A stretch of DNA of 13,068 bases from Conexivisphaerales archaeon (GTDB taxonomy: Archaea > Thermoproteota > Nitrososphaeria > Conexivisphaerales > DTJL01): assembly GCA_049509455.1 (NCBI GenBank), contig JBEKZX010000075.1, forward strand, positions 1 to 13,068, written 5' to 3'. Each line of letters opens with the position of its first letter. The stretch's first letter is position 1. The notes under the pieces are model-generated. The model worked only from the letters and a program-made list of their open reading frames with translations. It was not told the DNA's origin and did not search any database. The position numbers and the translations under genes were made by a program. Below, one piece after another: positions 7,476 to 13,068 of the stretch.

Positions 7476-8066
7476 ATGAGTGTGCGCGCCAGGAAGACCG
7501 CTGCCGTGTCTGGGATCATCGCAATAATTGCGCTTGTGATCGTGGTTGTGGTTTTCATCAATTCCATGAATGTCGGCGGTTGCACGTCCTCCGTGGAATA
7601 CGTGAACGATGTAAAGTGCAATGATGCGCCAGCCAGCCTGCCTCTGCTGGGTCCAGGCTGCACGGCAGAGATATACGTCACGTACTTTCTGGGCACAAGC
7701 GTACCGGAGAACCTGTCTCAACTCTCCCCCATTTACAAGGTGTCCGCCTACGATCTCAACGTCTCCTTGGTCACCGATGGCGAAGTGGTCGTGAACTCGT
7801 CCCTCTTATCCGGGCCTTCCTTGACGAACGTGAACACGACGGTCATGTATACCATCACCGCTTCGAATAATGCCTTTGGGACCTACATCCTGGGGGTGCA
7901 CGGTTCATGGTGCCCTGGAATCTTCTTCATGGTCGGTTCCAGGATTGAGAGCGTCACCATAAGCATGATACCCATCACTCACGGGTGTTCACCATCGGCA
8001 GTAGCCATGACGGAGGTGAAGGGGGTCCGCATCATCCCGAATGAAGCGGAGTTACCCGTAGGTTGA
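7476..8066 (+). CDS. Membrane-anchored exported protein, Cys-containing and beta-rich, function unknown
   Basis: 196 aa. A basic N-terminus (RARK) and one TM helix (GIIAIIALVIVVVVFI) precede an exported domain with 5 Cys and 4 sequons (NLS, NVS, NSS, NTT). Confidence 0.82.
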   Translation: MSVRARKTAAVSGIIAIIALVIVVVVFINSMNVGGCTSSVEYVNDVKCNDAPASLPLLGPGCTAEIYVTYFLGTSVPENLSQLSPIYKVSAYDLNVSLVTDGEVVVNSSLLSGPSLTNVNTTVMYTITASNNAFGTYILGVHGSWCPGIFFMVGSRIESVTISMIPITHGCSPSAVAMTEVKGVRIIPNEAELPVG

Positions 8067-8219
8067 TGCCCAGCTTCGGCGATCCTAACCCGGTTCAATT
8101 ACGCGTTGGGGTCGATTCCTTGGACCCTCTCCGAAGCTTCCGTCGGAGAGCAAACTTACGCGATTCTATAACCTAACATTCTCGTATCTGCCCACTTGGC
8201 CCATTGAATTCATGTCCAA

Positions 8220-8240
8220 ACCTGACAGCTATTGTCAGGT
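8220..8240. promoter_or_regulatory. Second palindrome type, a candidate operator upstream of the 4-TM gene
   Basis: ACCTGACA-GCTAT-TGTCAGGT has perfect 8-bp arms. It is intergenic and about 15 nt upstream of an AT-rich AATTAA. Confidence 0.5.
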
Positions 8241-8306
8241 GGCCAAAACTACGGAATTAACTCACTCCTCCGCAGGTCCAAGCCCACGCCCTGCACCGCA
8301 ACACCT

Positions 8307-8846
8307 ATGAGCCGTCTTCAGCGAAAAGGACTCATGGTAGAGACAAGGACGGTGGCAATCGTGGGTCTCGTCATCGTCCTCCTGTCAATGGGGATGGATT
8401 GGGTGATGGGTCCCATCGAATCGACATTCCTCTCTCTGCCGTCTGTAATGACATCATCTCCCTCCGATGATTCGACATTCGAGGGCTGGGCCACCAACAT
8501 CCTCGTGCCGTACTTGTCTTCACCGGGGCAACTGCTAGCCATCGCGCTTTCGATAGGAGGCTTTCTTGCTGGAGTTGTTGCAGTTATCAGGTGGAAATAC
8601 ATGTGGGTGGCGGGCTCTCTGGGTCTGGTGGGAGGTTCGCTCTGGACGATCGGAATCTACTCCATCCCCTCGAAGGTGGCGGCTCAGCTGTGCAGCTGGC
8701 CGGGTTACGCGGGCCTGCAGGTTTCTTGTGGGAGTCCAGCATTGCAGACAGGTCCAGGGCCCTATGCGATGATTCTCGGCGGAGGAATCATGCTGACGGG
8801 GTACCTGTTGAGCCGCAAAGGTATTCTGGAGGTGCCCGCTGATTGA
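8307..8846 (+). CDS. Four-pass membrane protein, function unknown
   Basis: Four hydrophobic segments (VAIVGLVIVLLSMG; LLAIALSIGGFLAGVVAVI; MWVAGSLGLVGGSLWTIGI; PYAMILGGGIMLTGYLL), with a Cys pair in the last loop. The start is ATG 8307 or 8334; the track start at TTG 8232 falls inside the palindrome. Confidence 0.8.
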   Translation: MSRLQRKGLMVETRTVAIVGLVIVLLSMGMDWVMGPIESTFLSLPSVMTSSPSDDSTFEGWATNILVPYLSSPGQLLAIALSIGGFLAGVVAVIRWKYMWVAGSLGLVGGSLWTIGIYSIPSKVAAQLCSWPGYAGLQVSCGSPALQTGPGPYAMILGGGIMLTGYLLSRKGILEVPAD

Positions 8847-8865
8847 GGATCCCCAATCAGCTGCT

Positions 8866-9759
8866 TCATCCATAGAAGGATACCGTTACGTTCACGGACA
8901 ATCCCCCCGTAACGTTACCGTTCTGAACCCATACAACTATCTGCCCTGCATCAAGATTGTAGATAAGTGGCGTCCCCGATGGAAGAGTTGTCCAGCCAAA
9001 CGTCGAGCAGAGGCCGCCTGTGCAATAATCCACTTCAATAGTCGCCGTGTCGTTACTCGACCCGTAGACGAATAGAAAGACTGGCGTGGAGGTCGTGAAG
9101 TTGGCCAGCATGACCTGCGACGCGCAGGAAAACGACTCTCCGTTGAAGCTATTAAAACCGCAATTGGGAGTGGCGGGGGGAAGTGTCACATTCGAGTTGT
9201 TCCCGTAAGCCAACAGTAGGCCCAACACCTGCGAGAGGTCCGCTTGGCTGCTCTGCAGCTGGGCGACCTCCTGCTCCAGGTTCGATAGCTGGGATGCGTT
9301 GACTTGGTTGGATTGGAGTTGTTTCAACAGGTTCTGAATCGTGTCTTGCTGCGTGCGAACTTGCCCCTGAAGGGACTGCTGGGTCAAGACGGTGAAGGAA
9401 CCGAGAACAATCAGCACGACCAAGGAGATCGCCAGCACGCCCGTAAGGAGATTCATCCTCTCGACTCGGGCTGCTGACGGCCGTGCTACCGATCGAACGG
9501 TAAGGCGAATGGCCTCTCTGCCATCGTCTGTGAGCTGATAGAGCCCGTCCGAATTGGTCATCACCAGTCCGTCCAGCTTCTCAAGATGGTGTGTCAGATG
9601 GCCGCTGCTGGTGACGTTCACCTTCCTCTTCAGATCAGAGAAGCCAAGGGGCGAATCGGAAAGAGCGTGCAATATCTCCATCCTGATGGGATGACTTAGC
9701 GCCTCAAAGAGGTCGGCCCTCTCCTTGCTGAACTCGTCGTCTGACTGATCGCCGCTCAA
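8866..9759 (-). CDS. Membrane-tethered ArsR-type winged-HTH regulator: wHTH - TM - coiled coil - exported domain
   Basis: N-terminal LFEALSHPIRMEILHAL...FSDLKRK...SSGHLTHHLEKLDGLV...GLYQLTDDGREA (ArsR-like wHTH), a TM helix (LLTGVLAISLVVLIVLGSFTVL), a Q/L-rich coiled coil, then a C-terminal domain with 4 Cys and many sequons. TTG start with a TATA (TAAATA, 9789-9784) about 25 nt upstream. Confidence 0.88.
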   Translation of the reverse strand: MSGDQSDDEFSKERADLFEALSHPIRMEILHALSDSPLGFSDLKRKVNVTSSGHLTHHLEKLDGLVMTNSDGLYQLTDDGREAIRLTVRSVARPSAARVERMNLLTGVLAISLVVLIVLGSFTVLTQQSLQGQVRTQQDTIQNLLKQLQSNQVNASQLSNLEQEVAQLQSSQADLSQVLGLLLAYGNNSNVTLPPATPNCGFNSFNGESFSCASQVMLANFTTSTPVFLFVYGSSNDTATIEVDYCTGGLCSTFGWTTLPSGTPLIYNLDAGQIVVWVQNGNVTGGLSVNVTVSFYG

Positions 9760-9769
9760 CGGTCATCTC

Positions 9770-9796
9770 TAGGAACACTGCTGTATTTAGTTCCTA
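9770..9796. promoter_or_regulatory. Inverted repeat bracketing the TATA box of the ArsR-type regulator (candidate autoregulatory site)
   Basis: TAGGAAC-N13-GTTCCTA. The minus-strand TATA (TAAATA) lies within the spacer. Confidence 0.5.
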
Positions 9797-10868
9797 TTAT
9801 CTGGACAGCCCCGAAGTTGCCCTGCCCTCATGGTCTCGGAATGTAGACCAGCCATAGAATCCTGATGATGGCCGACCAATGGGCGGCATACAGCATCTAC
9901 AGTAGCGGGACGACATTGCCCATGCCCCGCCTTGGATATTGCCTGGTTTGAATATTCCATCTGCCACAAGAGTCTAGGGAACTGCGTTCATGAGGTGGGC
10001 GAGGAATATCAGGGATACCGCAGTCGTCAGATTCCTAGAGGCATGAAGTACGATGAAGTATCTGTCGTAGACACACCTAAGGAATCCAGGGCCACCATAA
10101 CCGATTTGCTAGTGATTTCAGAAGATGGGCCTTGCACGTGGTTTGGCTTCGCTTCCACTTCCATTTGCCAACGAGCCACTAGGATTCAATCTCTGTATAA
10201 CGAAGGAATCATCTCCAACGATGCAGCTCTAAAGTTCAGCAGGTTCTTCGCATCGAACAAAGAGGGCAAATCAACTTACCCTTGAAACTCTTTCGTAATG
10301 CACCAAGCTCTCTTGGTTTCTTGATGAACGTTCCTCTGAACTCTGTCTTTTGTTGAAGCATCTGTAGCGTCATTAGTCTAAGCCGAGTTCGTCTTTAGCT
10401 TCAAGACGGCGTTAAAGTTCGTAGAATGAAAACTGCTACCTAGCTCGTCTCCTAATGAGCGGAGGATACGTCGGTTCTATGAGTCGAGCTTTTTGTCCGT
10501 GGTCAAGAAGAGGTCCAAGCGCCCGAATTTTCATTTTCGTAGGCGCCATAGCAGCGCTTGGCGTAGCAGTTTGCAACTCGATCTAAATAGCACTATGATT
10601 CGGACTAAAGAGTGCGACATTCGTCGAGTGGGTGCCGGTCGAGTCCTATGAGACTGCATGCGAAAGCTGTCGTCCAGGCGCATGTTCCGACGGGAGACGC
10701 AAGTCTAAGATGTTTGGCGAAGGAGGCTGAATGTCGCTGGTATGCATCTGACACCAATTCTCGCCCTCCGCTCGTATCTCATGTGACAGTTGGTCCCCGT
10801 AGATGACGGCCGCGCAGAAGCATTGAGACATGCAAACGCGCGAGAATATCTCGCTTTCCGTCGACAGT

Positions 10869-11222
10869 ATGGCGACTAGCGGCTCCACATGGGCTGAGTT
10901 GAAAAGAGCAGTAGAGTCTAGGGAAGGCATGACCATAGGCCAGCGTCAAATGACGAAGCTCCCCTTCAGCTTGGAGGATACGGAGTTTGTAGTGAAAGGC
11001 AACGATGGAACACACTTCATACCTGACCCTATGGTGATGGAGGTGGCCGCAAAGGGGCTGACCTGGGCGATTGGCTTCCCACGTACATGCGAAGGCCCAG
11101 TACACATGGGCATACTTACTTGGTACACGTGGATGGAGCACGAACGGTCATCACGTAATCATCACGAAGAGTGGGTGGGAGGAGCCTTCGGCCCACAGCA
11201 TGTCATGACGGAGGTCAAATGA
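10869..11222 (+). CDS. Hypothetical protein
   Basis: About 117 aa from ATG 10869 (track start 10830), with coding-like GC3 bias and globular-looking composition. No motif was recognised and no clear promoter. Confidence 0.4.
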   Translation: MATSGSTWAELKRAVESREGMTIGQRQMTKLPFSLEDTEFVVKGNDGTHFIPDPMVMEVAAKGLTWAIGFPRTCEGPVHMGILTWYTWMEHERSSRNHHEEWVGGAFGPQHVMTEVK

Positions 11223-12022
11223 CCTGATTCGAGCTAATCCTGTAGGCGCTCGGCCAGAGGCCAAGTAGGTCTTCCCACGGCCGCATGGAGGGTCTGTGAC
11301 TGGTATTCCACTTGCGAGCAAGGACTTGTCTCCTTCCCTTCTGGCTGAGAGGATGACATCTCTTACCCTAGCACTCTTTGGAACTCTTGCAAGGCATCGT
11401 CTGGTGTCTGGCCTGCGTGGTATCTTTCATCAGCGTGGCGTAACCCATGTCCCCGGATGCCTCAGCATTGGCTCTCCCTCCTCAATGGAAGGCATCAGGA
11501 TAGAAACTCTGGGCTTCTCATCTGTGCTGCAGATTGCGGATGCTCCGCGGCGCCCCATAATCTTGCCGGGGGCGTGCGTTGAGTCGAGGCACAGGTTCAT
11601 TCGGATGCCTAGAGTGGCCCAGGAGAAAGGGGTCGAGATGAAAGGTGAAAAGAGGCCGGATGAATGGAGACGAAATCAAAGCCCAGGAGATCTGAGAAGA
11701 CGATCCCGGAATAATACGCGAAGCCGAGACGGGAAATGCGAGCAGAGATGGGCTTCGAGAGGTCCTACGGATGAGTGAAGCAAGATCCGACGGATGGCTG
11801 CCGTGCCATCAATACTGCAAATCATGGCTCCAAAGGGAATCAAGAGGGGGGAGCTGATCGACGACAGCTAGGTCATGGGTTGGGTGATTGACTAGCACAG
11901 CTGCAAGTTGGGGAAAGTTATGGACATCGAATGATACGGCTAGAGCAGAGGTTGGAGGGCCATGACAGAAGGGTGCGTTGCGGTGCGGTGACGAGCAGCG
12001 CGGTGCAGCCATCATCCATGAC

Positions 12023-13068
12023 CTACAGAAGCTGCAGAACATTGCTGAGCGATTCTCTGCAAGCCTTCTCCGACGCTGAATCGTCATCGACGAGCATCAG
12101 AGGCGTCGTTATCCCACCAAGCTTCTTCAGCTCGTCAACCGGAGTGACCTTCGCCCATATCCTTCCGTTTGCCAGGTTCTGAACAAACAAGATCAGGGGA
12201 AGGCCGTACTTCATCGCCACCTTGGTCTCTGCCAGCATCTTCCTCTTCGGTATCCATCTCTGCTTCGTCGCGTCCTCTGACAGGGTCAGGGCCTTGAACG
12301 CGCTCACGTACTTCAGCGCACGAGTGTTTGGATCATGGAAGACATAGTCGGGCTCTCCCTCCTTCAGACTGCATGTATGCAACTTCGCCGCGCTTCTCAG
12401 CACCGTCTCGGAGAACTGGAGCTGGGCGCGATTGCCCTTCTCCCTGTTCGCCATTCCGGCCTCTCTTGTCAGCTTCCCTCTGGTCGGCGGCACTCCGGCC
12501 CCCGTAGGTGGTTCCGGTCCGGTTCGGGCTGATGCCTGCGTCGTGCCCTCCTTCTCCCGTCCTCGTCCGTCCTCCTCGGAAAGAAGCTCAAGGTACTCGT
12601 CAACCTCCTCGGAAAGTATGCCGAACCTCTCCAGCACGTTTTCAGCACCGCTTATGAGCTTCGAGATGACCTCCTGGTCTTTCCTGTGCTCATCGTACCA
12701 CTTGTTGTATCCATCGATCACCTTGTTGAACTGCTCCCTTCTCAACTCTACGCTCTCGTTGATCGATGCCACCGTCCGAGTCTGAAGCTCGATCGCCTTG
12801 GCTTGGGCCTCCACAGCTGAGGCTAGTTTGCTGGCCTTCTCTTCGAGGGCGTCGACCTTGCGTGATAGGCCTGAGCCCGAGACCTGTAACGCTGTAACCT
12901 CGCTTGTCAGCGGCTTGAGGGAAGCGTCAAGCTGCTTGAAGCTGTAGTCAACCATGTTCATCTTCTCTTCATCGTTGAGCCTTGAATGCAACGATGCCTT
13001 GTGGTAGATTGTCCACGCTCCGAGAAGAATCATGAAGAGCGAGAAGATCCAAATCGCTGTCAGGACTG
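12023..13068 (-). CDS. Membrane-anchored coiled-coil protein with a C-terminal PD-(D/E)xK-like (Hjc/restriction-endonuclease-fold) domain; 5' end outside the window
   Basis: The frame stays open from 13033 to the right edge (VLTAIWIFSLFMILLGAWTIY, a TM helix). It continues with a long heptad-rich helix, a Pro/Gly linker, then REKGNRAQLQF...EGEPDYVF...YVSAFK. Confidence 0.78.
   Translation of the reverse strand, partial: VLTAIWIFSLFMILLGAWTIYHKASLHSRLNDEEKMNMVDYSFKQLDASLKPLTSEVTALQVSGSGLSRKVDALEEKASKLASAVEAQAKAIELQTRTVASINESVELRREQFNKVIDGYNKWYDEHRKDQEVISKLISGAENVLERFGILSEEVDEYLELLSEEDGRGREKEGTTQASARTGPEPPTGAGVPPTRGKLTREAGMANREKGNRAQLQFSETVLRSAAKLHTCSLKEGEPDYVFHDPNTRALKYVSAFKALTLSEDATKQRWIPKRKMLAETKVAMKYGLPLILFVQNLANGRIWAKVTPVDELKKLGGITTPLMLVDDDSASEKACRESLSNVLQLL

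Noticed and set aside
8085-8150. tRNA T-loop-like words (GGTTCAAT, GGTCGATTCC) and two hairpins (GGGTC/GACCC; CTCTCCGA/TCGGAGAG at 8127-8150)
   Set aside because: No cloverleaf, acceptor stem or anticodon arm can be built. At most this is a 3' UTR structure of the 7476-8066 gene.
9862-9930. Box C-like CTGATGA suggesting a C/D box sRNA
   Set aside because: There is no CTGA box D at a suitable distance downstream.
11363-11461. Minus-strand fragment GIRGHGLRHADERYHAGQTPDDALQEFQRVLG*, resembling tyrosine-recombinase HxLRH or GH-x8-Y motifs
   Set aside because: It is only 32 codons between stops, has no start, and no properly spaced upstream catalytic motifs or att-like repeats. It is not supportable without a profile search.
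11296-11778. 160-aa plus-strand ORF
   Set aside because: It has a GTG start, an Arg/Ser/Pro-rich low-information tail and no motif. It looks like a chance open frame in a degenerate region.
1-13068. CRISPR array, rRNA, tRNA, or IS/transposase
   Set aside because: I found no regularly spaced direct repeats, RNA-gene structure, terminal inverted repeats with target duplication, or transposase motifs.

Overview
This 13-kb window is archaeal, based on TATA/BRE-type promoters about 25-35 nt before start codons, apparently leaderless genes, oligo-T terminators and sequon-rich exported proteins. The protein types suggest a Nitrososphaerota-like or acidophilic lineage, which is an inference only. 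From left to right it holds: a 3'-truncated APC-family permease (-); a divergently transcribed Pol-beta-superfamily nucleotidyltransferase (+); a lower-GC islet with a frameshifted HEPN-like gene (RX4HXY motif) and a VapC/PIN toxin with an atypical small partner; a cluster of exported or membrane proteins (a G1-family glutamic peptidase, two membrane-anchored Cys-containing surface proteins, a 4-TM protein) interleaved with two membrane-tethered winged-helix regulators, one of them frameshifted; about 2.2 kb of mostly degenerate sequence; and a 5'-truncated TM/coiled-coil/PD-(D/E)xK-like gene (-). The most striking signal is a palindrome, TTTCCCAG-N6-CTGGGAAA, found three times, each 37-38 nt upstream of an ATG and directly before a weak TATA-like element. 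It suggests a small local regulon of exported proteins controlled by a membrane-bound regulator. No rRNA, tRNA, CRISPR array or intact mobile element was recognised. All family assignments come from motifs read by eye; no database search was run.
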